Shown here: one piece after another, positions 29,320 through 39,251 of the stretch
Numbering within the stretch: the first letter of the stretch is position 1
How the letters are laid out: each line of letters begins with the position of its first letter
DNA from: Pseudomonadota bacterium
GTDB taxonomy: Bacteria > Myxococcota > JACRCW01 > JAFGSX01
Assembly (NCBI GenBank): GCA_043821645.1
Contig: JBDRCO010000049.1
Coordinates: 1-64,000, forward strand
Reading direction: 5' to 3'
DNA length: 64,000 bases
Notes under the pieces: model-generated
Database searches by the model: none
What the model was told of the DNA's origin: nothing
The model's input: the letters and a program-made list of their open reading frames with translations, nothing else
Program-made: the position numbers and the translations under genes

Positions 29320-30330
29320 ATGTCCGACTCAATCAACCTCGTGCTCGACACACCTGTGATCCGCCTGGGCGAGGAACTCCGTGGCACGGTCCAGGTCAAC
29401 GTCGACAGGAACTGCACGTGCAAGGCGCTGACCCTGGAGGCCAGGTGGCAGGTCCTGGGTCGTTCTCAATGCGCGGGCAAGGGCCCCTCCATCAAGTTGT
29501 TCGACGGCACATGGCGAGCAGGCGAGCAGGCTCGCTATCCCTTCGTGCTTCCGGCGCCTCAGGGACCCGTGAGTCAGGACGGCATTCACCTCAAGCTTGG
29601 ATGGGAGCTGCGCGCGCGCGCGGACATCGCCCGGGCGCCCGACCTCGAGGTCGGGGAGATGTTCGTCCTGAAGCCTGCGCCCATCGCCAGCTACCATGCG
29701 GGGCCCACCTTCCGCCCACCCAAGCCACCGGGTGCGGGCATGGGTGGCTTGTTTCTGATCTGGGTGATCTTCCTGGTTCTCGGCGGAATCGTGGGCCTGC
29801 TCATGCAGGGTAGCGGCATGCGACAGGGTCTTCTGTGGGGGCTGGCTGGGGGGACAGTGCTCGCCGGGCTCGTCGGCAGGGACTACCTGACAAGCTGGCT
29901 GGCCTCGCGTCGGCTGGGAAGTCCGCGCATCCGCATCGATCCTGTGGTGGCGGCACCTGGCCAGGCATTGACCATCAGCCTCCAGCTGAAGCCATCGCGG
30001 CCGCTCAAGCTGAACAAGAAGCTCATCCGAGTGACCGCCGAGGAGAGCTGGGTCCATAACAAGGCGGGTTCTCACACGGGCAACGACTCAACCATCCAGC
30101 ACCACACACTGGCGTCGTTCGAGCCCGTCGTGCAGGTCGACGAGGCGGCACTGGCCCAGGGACGGCCCTGCACCCTGAGCGCGGTGGTGGACATCCCATC
30201 CGACGCGCCTTGCAGCTTCGGTGGCAATGGCATCAGCCTCAAGTGGCATTGCCTGGTGCACGTCGTCATCGAGGGCTGGCCCGACCTCGAGGAAAGTGTT
30301 CACCTGGCGGTCCTGCCAGGTCCGGTGTGA
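29320..30330 (+). CDS. Membrane protein with two arrestin/SpoOM-like beta-sandwich domains
   Basis: LGEELRGTVQV, GPVSQDGIHLKLGW and APCSFGGNGISLKW either side of two TM helices. Confidence 0.7.
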   Translation: MSDSINLVLDTPVIRLGEELRGTVQVNVDRNCTCKALTLEARWQVLGRSQCAGKGPSIKLFDGTWRAGEQARYPFVLPAPQGPVSQDGIHLKLGWELRARADIARAPDLEVGEMFVLKPAPIASYHAGPTFRPPKPPGAGMGGLFLIWVIFLVLGGIVGLLMQGSGMRQGLLWGLAGGTVLAGLVGRDYLTSWLASRRLGSPRIRIDPVVAAPGQALTISLQLKPSRPLKLNKKLIRVTAEESWVHNKAGSHTGNDSTIQHHTLASFEPVVQVDEAALAQGRPCTLSAVVDIPSDAPCSFGGNGISLKWHCLVHVVIEGWPDLEESVHLAVLPGPV

Positions 30331-30422
30331 GAGGGTGGTGGGTCCGCGTGGTCTCTGCGTCGTCTGGCGCGAGTTCCAGAGCTTTCGCGAGGTGGTACTG
30401 TGGCCCATCAGGGAGGCTTGAC

Positions 30423-32948
30423 ATGAGAATCCTTGCCACCGCGGCTCTTTTTTCTGTCTTCGCTACTACGGGCTGCACCGCCTGCGACAAGCCGCCGGAC
30501 GACACCGCCACGATCGAGATCTCGGGCTCGGTTGAGAAAGGGCCTTTTCTGACCGGGTCCACCGTGTTCGTCACGTCGGTTGGGACCACTGGGAATGCCC
30601 ATCTGACGCGCACCATCAACGATCAGGGGGACTTCAGACTGACCGTGCCACAGCAGCTCGCCATTGATGCCGCCTGGAGGCCAACGAGGTGCGGGGGGAG
30701 CATGGGGGATACCGGGTGCTTCGAGGCTCCAGCGTTCATGGTTTTCGAGGCAAATGGCTTCTACTACAACGAGCTCACCGGAGAGCTCTCCAACGCCCCG
30801 ATCACCCTGCGCGCGTGCCCGGTGCTGACCGGAACTGGAATGGAGATCGACCCCGAAACAGAAACCGAAGTCCCCATTCCCGTACACCTCAATATCCTCA
30901 CGCACCTCACCTTCGAGCGTAAAACGGGTTCAGATATCGCGAAGTACATCACGCAGGACGGGCAACTCGTCTGTGGTGTTGTGCCCTCCACCGTGGCCGA
31001 GGCCGAGCTGCTGGTGGCTCTGCAAATTGGGCCGCCGGAGTATCGCCTCCAGAATCCGTGTGACGACATCGAGTCCCGCCTCCCGGACCTCGGCGAGAGC
31101 CGCGCGCACATCCTGGGTGGCGATACGGATGCGAACGCTTTCCTGCTGGCCGTGAGCGCGATCTTCGCGCAGGCCGCACAGGATCGCGGTGGGTCCTTCG
31201 ATGCCACCCTGCAGGAGTTGCTGAACAACACCTCCCTGGACCTGGCAGATGACGGGGAACTCAAGCCAGAGCTCGTTGCCGAGCTTCATGCGGCGGAGAT
31301 GGCTCTCGACACCCGGGCGGTGATGGACCTGCTCTCTCTTCGCCTCGCGGACATCGGCGCCCTGACGCCCGTGCCAGACATCGACCGCATCATCGATTCG
31401 GACCGCGATGGCCAGGTGAACTCGGAGGATTGCCGGCCACGCGACCCCGACCGCTGGACCGGCCATGCCGACCTTGACAGCGATGGCCACGATGCACTGG
31501 GCTGTGGCGGCGACGACTGCGACGACGACAATCCACTGCGCTACACCGGTGCCACCGAAGTCTGCGACGCCAACGACGTGGACGAAGACTGCGACCCGTC
31601 GACCTTTGGCTTTCGCGACAGCGACGGTGATGGGGCTGCGAGCGCAGCGTGCTGCAACAGCGATGGCTTGGTTGAGGTGTGTGGCTCGGACTGTGACGAC
31701 GCCAACAGCGTCGTGTGCCCGACCTGCACGGAGATTGACGGCAACAGCGTCGACGACGACTGCGACGGCGTGGTCGACGAGCTGGCGGGCCAGGAGGTGT
31801 GCAATCGCATCGATGACGACAACAATGGCTTCATCGACGAGGGGGTCCTGGTTGCGGCCAATCCCGTTGTCGTGGGCTCCATTCAGGGAGGCAACCTTGC
31901 GGTGACCGAAGGCGCCAGCGACTACGGGGTGGCCTGGCTCGACGCGGCGGCACGTCCCTTTGCCCACCGGGTCGGGTTCGACGGGATCGCAGATCCGTCG
32001 CACCTGGTGCAGATCGACGACGTCACGGTGGCCAATTTCGGTGTCGATGTGTGCTGGGATGGTCGGCACTACACCGTGGTGTACTCGGCAGACAGAAACG
32101 GGGACGGGCTGACCGAGGGCTACTTCGCGCGCGTTGACGGGAGCAGCGGAGGCGCGGGCGGACTGCTCGTGCCGCCGACACGCTTTGATGATCCGCTCTT
32201 TGGCGAACACACAACCAAGGGTCCGACTCGCGTTCGCTGCGCCTTCAGATCGGGTGCAGACAAGGTCCTGGTGACCTGGCTCGAGCAAAAGGCCACCGAG
32301 AGTGATTTTGATCTCATCCGCTCGACCGAGCTTGTCGAGGCCGGTGGAAACCTGCTGGTCGAACTAGGCGACGACGTCACGATCTTCGAAGACGGCAACT
32401 GGGTGCTTGGACACCCGGCCGTGATCGCCGGGGTCGTTGGCGCTTTCTCGGTCTGGGATGAAAGCTCTGCGAACAGCACCTGCTTCCGTCTGCACGGCAA
32501 GCGACTTGGCACGAGTCCGACCACCCTGCCTGTTTTCGAGGATGACTGTCAGGCCAAGGAGATCATACCCAGCCTCGCCCTTGACGAAGAGATCGGAACC
32601 CTGGCCGTTGGCTTCCGCAGAGTCGATGGCGCCACCACGACGGCTGGCCTGTCGCTGATCGACCTGGCGATGTCGACGGTCCCGCCTGCGATCACCATCA
32701 ATGACGCCACCAGCGTCGTCGTGGCCAGTGCAGGCACCCAGGCTGTGGGCGCCCTGGCCCGCGGGTTGCCGGGAGCCCCGGAGCTTCGCCAGTACCGGAG
32801 CACGGACGGAGCCCAGCTTCCAGGTGGCGGGCTCGTCGTGGGAACCTCGATGCAGCTGCTCCTGGGGCACAGGACAGGCTCGATACGCTACACCGCCTTT
32901 GGACTCGACGGGTCGGGCTTGAGCGTGCAGGATCTCACCTGCCCGTGA
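30423..32948 (+). CDS. Large lipoprotein with Asp/Cys metal-binding repeats (DCDD / EVCxxxDDDCDG)
   Basis: GGAGG RBS; TTGC lipobox-like; DCDDDNP, EVCDANDVDEDCD, DDDCDG, EVCNRIDDD; beta-rich C-terminus. Confidence 0.8.
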   Translation: MRILATAALFSVFATTGCTACDKPPDDTATIEISGSVEKGPFLTGSTVFVTSVGTTGNAHLTRTINDQGDFRLTVPQQLAIDAAWRPTRCGGSMGDTGCFEAPAFMVFEANGFYYNELTGELSNAPITLRACPVLTGTGMEIDPETETEVPIPVHLNILTHLTFERKTGSDIAKYITQDGQLVCGVVPSTVAEAELLVALQIGPPEYRLQNPCDDIESRLPDLGESRAHILGGDTDANAFLLAVSAIFAQAAQDRGGSFDATLQELLNNTSLDLADDGELKPELVAELHAAEMALDTRAVMDLLSLRLADIGALTPVPDIDRIIDSDRDGQVNSEDCRPRDPDRWTGHADLDSDGHDALGCGGDDCDDDNPLRYTGATEVCDANDVDEDCDPSTFGFRDSDGDGAASAACCNSDGLVEVCGSDCDDANSVVCPTCTEIDGNSVDDDCDGVVDELAGQEVCNRIDDDNNGFIDEGVLVAANPVVVGSIQGGNLAVTEGASDYGVAWLDAAARPFAHRVGFDGIADPSHLVQIDDVTVANFGVDVCWDGRHYTVVYSADRNGDGLTEGYFARVDGSSGGAGGLLVPPTRFDDPLFGEHTTKGPTRVRCAFRSGADKVLVTWLEQKATESDFDLIRSTELVEAGGNLLVELGDDVTIFEDGNWVLGHPAVIAGVVGAFSVWDESSANSTCFRLHGKRLGTSPTTLPVFEDDCQAKEIIPSLALDEEIGTLAVGFRRVDGATTTAGLSLIDLAMSTVPPAITINDATSVVVASAGTQAVGALARGLPGAPELRQYRSTDGAQLPGGGLVVGTSMQLLLGHRTGSIRYTAFGLDGSGLSVQDLTCP

Positions 32949-32993
32949 GGCTCGGTGCTGCTTTGATCCGGGTCTTTGGTTGAAGCGCACACC

Positions 32994-33019
32994 AAAAAAA
33001 CAGTGCGGTCCCAGCACTG
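32994..33019 (-). terminator. Intrinsic terminator
   Basis: Minus strand CAGTGC-TGGGACC-GCACTG followed by T7, just after the kinase remnant's stop. Confidence 0.75.
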
Positions 33020-33031
33020 ACTCGAGCCTGA

Positions 33032-33540
33032 TCAACGTACCTGGCCCGAAGCCAGCCGAACCTCGAACCGCGTCCCATCTCCTTCTCGTGCCGTGCAGGT
33101 GGCCGTGCCGCCGTGCAGCTCGGCAATTTGCCGCACCAGAGCCAACCCCAGGCCCACACTGCTGTCCTCACCCTCGCTGTGACCCGCGGGTCTGTCGAAG
33201 GGCTCGAAGATGCGCTCGCGGTCCTACACCCACAGCAACACACCTCTGTCGACGGAGCAGGCGGTCTCCTCGACCTCCTGGTCCTGGCGTGGCGACGGGC
33301 GTTGAGGATGAAGATGCGCAGCAGTCGTCGGAGCAGGCGGGCATCGCCTCGGGCCTCTACCCTGCCTGCGCTCGCGGACCCGGGTTCGCCGGTGGCTCTG
33401 GCATCGCCCTCTGACGGGGTGCCCCCGGGCTGATCGCAGTGCACGTTCTCGCGCCTCGCCTCGTCTTGGAGCAACGCGGTCAGGTCCGAATGCGCGAAGG
33501 CACATTCCTGCTGGTCTGCCTGCAGGCGGCTGCACCCCAG
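33032..33540 (-). pseudogene. 3' remnant of a sensor histidine kinase (HATPase)
   Basis: GDARLLRRLLRIFILNARRH, frameshift, V*DRERIFEPF (in-frame TAG, G1 box missing), VGLGLALVRQIAELHGG, GTRFEVRL. Confidence 0.85.
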
Positions 33541-33542
33541 CC

Positions 33543-34703
33543 TCAGGGTGCTGGATGGAATTCTCGAATGACGCCCAGGTATTCCTCGGCGAAATCGGAA
33601 TTCACCGGCAACACCTTGCGGCTCCATTCCCAGGCTCGTTCGGGAAACCTCTGCGCGTCGACGCATCCCTGCGGCCCGAGCAGGTGATTGCGAGGTGGGT
33701 CGTAGATGTAGCTCACATCCAGGCCCTTCTCGTGCAGGCGCTGGACGATGGCGTCGCGATGGTCGGTGAAGAAAGGCACGACCAGGTTGCAGTACCGGGC
33801 AGAGTAGGCCGGCTCGCGTCTCTCCAGATCACACCGGGCGATGAGTGCGCGGTTGCGCGCGCTCTTGTCAGCGATCGTGCTCTCGAACGCGCGCAGCTTG
33901 TGCTGTATCGCCTGCACCATCACGGACGTGGGCTGCACAGCGTAGCGCTTTCCGTCGGACGAGAGCAGGTCATGCGTGCTCATCAGCGAGGCGTGCTGTG
34001 CCGGAACGAGAAGCTTCAGACGCTGCTCGACGTGTCGGGCTGAGATCTCGGGAGGACTGCGTGTCGCTGTTCGCGTGCGCAGTGCCTGCAGCACAGGCCG
34101 GACGGCCCTTCTGCCCCTCGCCGGGACGAGCATGCTCAACTGGCTCCATATCCGTTCGCGGCGAGAAGGTCTGCTGCCTTCCCTGTGCACGGTGCGCTGT
34201 ATCTCTTCCGCCACAGCGGCATCGCGGCTGAGCACGATACCTCCATGTACCTGCAAAACCTTGCTGCAGCTCAGAATCGCAACATCGCCGACGGTTCCGA
34301 CACGCGCTCCGTCCACCCGGGCCTCCACGACGTGGGCGCAATCCTCGATCACGCGGAGCCCGTGTGGTCGGACGCGCTCGACGAGTTCCCCCACCCGGTC
34401 CGGTGTGCCGTAGAGATTGGTCGTGATCACACCCTTTGCCCGCGACAGCGTCTTCTTGTGCAGCTTGTCGATGTCCAGGTTCCCGGTGTCGGGGTCCACG
34501 TCCACGAACACAGGCAGGACTCCGGCCGCGAGCAAGGCCGTCACCACCATCTTGCAGGTGATGGGCGAGAGCAGCACGCCGTCGCCTGGCCTGAACAGGC
34601 TCTTAACAACCGCGTACAGGCCAAAACGCGCCGAGGGAACAATGACCGGTGCTCGTCCGTACTCGGACATGAAATAGCGCTCGAGTTCCGGCGGTGCCTT
34701 CAT
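33543..34703 (-). CDS. DegT/DnrJ/EryC1/StrS family PLP-dependent aminotransferase
   Basis: PSARFGL, GDGVLLSPITC, PVFVDVD, NLYG, VIEDCAH, SCSK...GG. Confidence 0.85.
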   Translation of the reverse strand: MKAPPELERYFMSEYGRAPVIVPSARFGLYAVVKSLFRPGDGVLLSPITCKMVVTALLAAGVLPVFVDVDPDTGNLDIDKLHKKTLSRAKGVITTNLYGTPDRVGELVERVRPHGLRVIEDCAHVVEARVDGARVGTVGDVAILSCSKVLQVHGGIVLSRDAAVAEEIQRTVHREGSRPSRRERIWSQLSMLVPARGRRAVRPVLQALRTRTATRSPPEISARHVEQRLKLLVPAQHASLMSTHDLLSSDGKRYAVQPTSVMVQAIQHKLRAFESTIADKSARNRALIARCDLERREPAYSARYCNLVVPFFTDHRDAIVQRLHEKGLDVSYIYDPPRNHLLGPQGCVDAQRFPERAWEWSRKVLPVNSDFAEEYLGVIREFHPAP

Positions 34704-34954
34704 CTCGCATCCACATCCAGCACACAACGGCGCTGCGTCCGACCGCCCTGCGAGGACCCGGCGTCGCGCCGCTGACACCGACGAAGCATAGCAGAGCACC
34801 CCGTGGTGCACGGCCCGCACCGCCCCCGCGCCGGGGCCGGTGTCTCAGACGATCGACGCGTGCCCGAGATCGCTCGCCGTCCGCCGAACCCTTGCCCGGT
34901 GTTCTGGTCAGGCGATCGGGGGGCCGCCTTGGACCACACCCGCGACGACCCTGC

Positions 34955-35019
34955 GGGTACTCCTGCACCATGGCGGTCAATCGCTGGTCGTCGTCAATCA
35001 TGAGCAGGCGTGGGGCCTT
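34955..35019 (-). pseudogene. 5' remnant of an OmpR-type response regulator
   Basis: APRLLMIDDDQRLTAMVQEY directly after the cpxP-like gene; presumed start reads AAG; similarity ends after about 21 codons. Confidence 0.65.
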
Positions 35020-35028
35020 GGGGCGATT

Positions 35029-35556
35029 CTACCGGTCGTGCTGGCTCTCCATCCACTGCACCAGTTCCCGGCGCTGCGCCGGGGTCAGAACCTCGGCCAC
35101 CCTGGCAACGCTGTCGGTGATCTCCAGGCTCACAGCCTGGGCGCGCTCGAGCTGCTGGGCACGAAAGCGCTCCAAGGCCTGGCGATCGATGGTGTCTGCG
35201 GTCAGCAGCGCATGCATCTCCTCTCGCATGCTGTCGTGCTCGCCACGCATGGCCAGCATCTTGACCAGTTGCTCGTCGAGGATGGCCTGGATCTGAGTCT
35301 TCTGATCCTCGGTGGCATCGACCTTGGACAGGGCGCGCCCGACCATGAACTCCATGTGGGCCCGCGCGTCCTCGGGGTCGACATTGCGGTGCCCCATGCC
35401 GAAGTGCCCGCGGGGGCCACCGGCGAAGCCTGCGACTCCGACCACCAGGGCCAGGGCGGTGCCCGCGGTCAGCAGCCCAAGGATCCAGCGGCGCAGGCCG
35501 CCCGGACGGTGGCGGGGGTGATCCTCGAGGGTTTTGTTGTCGGTGTTCGTGTTCAT
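35029..35556 (-). CDS. Spy/CpxP family periplasmic protein
   Basis: Signal peptide, ATEDQKTQI, VLTPAQR (LTxxQ), Met-rich helices; AGGAG RBS. Confidence 0.88.
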   Translation of the reverse strand: MNTNTDNKTLEDHPRHRPGGLRRWILGLLTAGTALALVVGVAGFAGGPRGHFGMGHRNVDPEDARAHMEFMVGRALSKVDATEDQKTQIQAILDEQLVKMLAMRGEHDSMREEMHALLTADTIDRQALERFRAQQLERAQAVSLEITDSVARVAEVLTPAQRRELVQWMESQHDR

Positions 35557-35666
35557 CGTCGTCTCCTTGTTGCTGCGCGACGGTTCCGACGCAGGCTGCG
35601 TGGGCCCGGTGCGCGCTGTCTGGAGACCAAGGTAGGTCCCGGGCATTGCCCTGCTGTGTGGCCCGG

Positions 35667-35682
35667 GTGAAGTTTTATGAAG
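35667..35682. promoter_or_regulatory. Direct repeat resembling an OmpR/CpxR-type binding site
   Basis: GTGAAG-TTTT-ATGAAG (10-bp period) upstream of the cpxP-like gene. Confidence 0.4.
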
Positions 35683-35818
35683 CTCAGATGTCCCGGCCGC
35701 GGCCGCCTCGTGCTCTCATTCCCCGGGGCAGTTTCCTTTTCTCGACAAGGCCTCGATCCTATATCGATAGACGGGTGGGTCCGCGGCCCTCTCCTGGCCG
35801 CCGAGGTGAGGTCCGTCC

Positions 35819-38299
35819 ATGAGAATCCTGAGTTCGTGCGCGATGTTGGTCCTCCTGGCGGGCTGCCCCACCGAACAGACGCGTCCCCTGGACGATAGCC
35901 GGGCCTGCACTCCTGCCAACCACTGCCGCCTGGTCGACGGCGTGGCCGAGTGCGAGCCGGGCTACACCTGGAATGATCCCGACGAGTCCTCGGGGGATCT
36001 TCGCTGCGTGGCCGTCGTCGACGCGGGGGCGCCGGACAGCGGAGCCGCGGACCTGGGCCCGTTCGATGTGCCAGCGCCGGACACCGCGGTCCAGGACGCG
36101 GGTGTGCCCTCCGACGCAGCGAGCGCAGACCTGTTGGTGGCGACCGATGCCTATGGCCCGGACCTGGCCGTGGTCAGCGATGCGGCCCAGCCCGACAACT
36201 GGGTGCCACCCACCGGGGCGCCAACCTTCGACCTGCCGTACCGCTACCCGGACTTGCCCGCGGGCTACCAGCTTCTCGACGACGTCAATGCCGACGGTCG
36301 CCTCGATGCGGTGCAGGTCGAGAGCTTCAACCCTTATGACTCCCTGAACCTGCGGATACAGCTCGCACAGGTGAGCGGCGGCTTCGCCCCCAGCTTCGAA
36401 GCCACGGTGGCAGGCCATGCCGGGCGGGTGCTGGCGGTGTGCGACTTCGACGGTGATGGCAAGGTCGACCTGCTTCTCGGTTCTGGCAACAGGCCCGTCA
36501 GCTACCTGTTCACGAGCCTCGGTGCTGGCCAGTTTGCCACGCCACCCCAGGAGGTGAGCTACACCTATGGCGCGGACAGTTTTCGCGACTTCGACAGCAA
36601 TGGTCGCTGCGACGTCCTTGAGCTGCAGGGTGCCTTTGGCTACTCCGCGGGTTCCGTGACCCTGCACCTGGCCCAGGCCAGCGGCGGTCCCATCGATGTG
36701 CTGGTCGACAACCTGCACTATGGCAGCACTGGCGTGGGAGACGTCGACGGCGATGGTCGTCTGGACCTGGTGCTGGCCGGTACGGGTTATCCCTACAAGC
36801 TGCTGGTGTATCGCCTGCTCGCCGACAATAGCCTGCAGCCCTGGGGCGGTGACATGGACTGCCCGAGCTGCAACGACGCGAGCCAGATCGTGGTGCGCGA
36901 TCTGGACGGCGACGGCGACGGGGACGTGGTGCTGGGCGCCTCGGACCTGACCGTATTCACCAATAGCGGCAGCACCCTGAGCGCGGCTGCCAGCCTGAGC
37001 GTGGACGACCCCCAGGCCCTGGCCGTGGCCGACGTGGACGGCGACAGTCACCCCGACCTGATCGCCATCAGCCAGCCCGTACCCACCACTGCCAACGATG
37101 GCCTGGAGATCCTGTACGGCCCCGCCTACACGGACGTGCGGCGCTTCTACAACCTGTCTGGCTCGCGTCGCATCTCACGCATCATCGACCACAATGGCGA
37201 CGGCAAGCGAGATGTGATCCTGGACGACGAGCTGGTGTACGCCGGAATGGGGGGCCGCGAGCTCATGGCGCCGCGCTTGTCGCTGTGGCCCACTGCGAGC
37301 TCGAGTTTTTACTACGCCACGCGCTACTTCATCCTGGAAGCCGACGCCACACCTGGCCTCGAGGTGGCCTCGTCCATGCGCTCGTCCTTTCGCATGGCCC
37401 ACGTGGGCTCGGACCTGCGCTTTGCCAGCGAGGCTGGTTGCAGCGGCTTGTTCGACGACAATGCTTTTCCTAACGCGGACCTCATCCTGAAGGACCTCAC
37501 GGGCGATGGCCTGGTGGACCTTTTACTCGGCAATGACCAGGGTGCACACCTGCGGGTAGGGCAGGGCGGCTGCAGCTTCGGCGCAGAAGCTGTCATCGTG
37601 CCCAGCGCCTATGCGAGCTGGCTCGACGTCACCGGGGATGGTCTTGCCGACGCGCTGTGGCATGCCAGCGGTACCCTGAATGTGGCCCTGGCCACGACCC
37701 CTGGGGTCTACGGCAGCGCCGTGACCTCGTTCCTGGCGGGTGACTACTACAGCTACACGGCCGCCCCCCTGGACAGCGGCACGAGCATCGACCTGGTGCT
37801 GCTGGGCTACGACACCAACGCGTTCCTGGTCGCCACGGGCGATGGCGCGGGTCACTTCGTCAGCGCCGGGGCCCAGGCCATGGGCACGGCCTCGGATCGC
37901 ATCGTCGATGTCGAGACCCTGGATTATGACGGTGACGGGGACGTGGACCTGCTGATGTCGCTCACGGGTACCGCGCCGCGGGTGGAGCTGTTGCGCAACG
38001 ACGGCACCGCGCACTTCGCGATCGAGACCGTGCTGACGGAACAGGCTGGCTCCTACAACATGTACCTGGGCGTGTACGACTTCGATGGCGACGGTTCGCC
38101 CGAGCTGTGGGTGGACCAGGGTCGGGCCCAGGGTATCTTCGCCCTCGACGGCAGCGTGCCGGCCACTGCGTTGGCACGACTGAACCTGGACTTCGCCTGG
38201 CCTGCGGACGTCGATGGCGACGGCGATGCGGACCTGTGCTTCATCGACGACTACGATGGCCGCGCTATCTTCGCGGTGGCGGCGAACCGGGCGCGCTGA
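35819..38299 (+). CDS. FG-GAP/VCBS repeat lipoprotein
   Basis: Lipobox LAGC, EGF-like Cys segment, many D(V/F)DGDGxxDL repeats. Confidence 0.88.
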   Translation: MRILSSCAMLVLLAGCPTEQTRPLDDSRACTPANHCRLVDGVAECEPGYTWNDPDESSGDLRCVAVVDAGAPDSGAADLGPFDVPAPDTAVQDAGVPSDAASADLLVATDAYGPDLAVVSDAAQPDNWVPPTGAPTFDLPYRYPDLPAGYQLLDDVNADGRLDAVQVESFNPYDSLNLRIQLAQVSGGFAPSFEATVAGHAGRVLAVCDFDGDGKVDLLLGSGNRPVSYLFTSLGAGQFATPPQEVSYTYGADSFRDFDSNGRCDVLELQGAFGYSAGSVTLHLAQASGGPIDVLVDNLHYGSTGVGDVDGDGRLDLVLAGTGYPYKLLVYRLLADNSLQPWGGDMDCPSCNDASQIVVRDLDGDGDGDVVLGASDLTVFTNSGSTLSAAASLSVDDPQALAVADVDGDSHPDLIAISQPVPTTANDGLEILYGPAYTDVRRFYNLSGSRRISRIIDHNGDGKRDVILDDELVYAGMGGRELMAPRLSLWPTASSSFYYATRYFILEADATPGLEVASSMRSSFRMAHVGSDLRFASEAGCSGLFDDNAFPNADLILKDLTGDGLVDLLLGNDQGAHLRVGQGGCSFGAEAVIVPSAYASWLDVTGDGLADALWHASGTLNVALATTPGVYGSAVTSFLAGDYYSYTAAPLDSGTSIDLVLLGYDTNAFLVATGDGAGHFVSAGAQAMGTASDRIVDVETLDYDGDGDVDLLMSLTGTAPRVELLRNDGTAHFAIETVLTEQAGSYNMYLGVYDFDGDGSPELWVDQGRAQGIFALDGSVPATALARLNLDFAWPADVDGDGDADLCFIDDYDGRAIFAVAANRAR

Positions 38300-38366
38300 A
38301 GGGCTGCATGATCCCACACCGGCTGGCCAGATGACTGAACCCTCGATCCCCGGTAACCTGCGCAGG

Positions 38367-39251
38367 ATGCGTCCGAGTTCAGCCCTTCTTCCCTTGCTCG
38401 TCCTGCTGGGGTCCTGCACCCCGCGCGGCGGGCCCTGCGTCGACGATGCGGACTGCCAGGGCGACCCCTGCTTGCACGATCTGGATCGCGGCGACCACTA
38501 CTGCAGCGCTCTGTGCGAGGCCGACCACGACTGTCCCGAGCAGCAGCTGTGCGACGTGCGGATCACCGGCGCGCCCGGCGACCAGAGCGTGACCTCACTG
38601 TGCATCGAACGCGTGCGGCAGTGCGGCGAGGCCGAGGTTTGCAACGGGCTGGATGACGATTGCGATGGCGAGACCGACGAGAGCTGCACGGTGCAACTAT
38701 GCGCTGCAGACGTGCACTGCGGCGGGCTGTGGACCTGCGCGCCTAGCTACGAGTTACAGGACCTGGCCTGTCGCGCGCCTCTCCCGGGCTCCTCGCCCTT
38801 CGGCACGCTGTGTGTCGACAACACGACCTGTCCCAATGGCCTGTGCGACACCGGGCGCTGTGCGCCACTGTGCAGCGAGGACGCAGACTGCGCGAGTGGC
38901 CAGCGCTGTGCGCGTCCCAGCTCCAGCACCAGCTCGCTCGCACATCAGATCTGCCACGACCCCTGCGACTCGGAGACGCTGTGCGATCCCAGCATGGTCT
39001 GCACCTGGCGTGGTGACCCCGCGAACTGCCGATGGCGTGCTGTGTGCTCGCCGACCCGGGGCGCGCGAAATGTCGGCCAGAGTTGCCTCAGCCACGACGA
39101 GTGCAAGAGTGCGCTGTGCGTCGGGCGAATCTGCACACGGCCCTGCGCGGTCCAGATGGACTGTTCGCCACATGGATTGACCTGCGAGCCCGTGTATCTG
39201 AGCACCGATCCGTTGCGCTGCGATGTCACTGGCATGACGGTGTGCCAGTGA
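38367..39251 (+). CDS. Cys-rich repeat lipoprotein
   Basis: Lipobox LGSC; CxxDxDC units; EVCNGLDDDCDG. Confidence 0.8.
   Translation: MRPSSALLPLLVLLGSCTPRGGPCVDDADCQGDPCLHDLDRGDHYCSALCEADHDCPEQQLCDVRITGAPGDQSVTSLCIERVRQCGEAEVCNGLDDDCDGETDESCTVQLCAADVHCGGLWTCAPSYELQDLACRAPLPGSSPFGTLCVDNTTCPNGLCDTGRCAPLCSEDADCASGQRCARPSSSTSSLAHQICHDPCDSETLCDPSMVCTWRGDPANCRWRAVCSPTRGARNVGQSCLSHDECKSALCVGRICTRPCAVQMDCSPHGLTCEPVYLSTDPLRCDVTGMTVCQ

Noticed and set aside
26300-35700. Prophage, IS-bounded island or defence island
   Set aside because: No integrase, transposase, tRNA, terminal repeats, phage or recognised defence genes.
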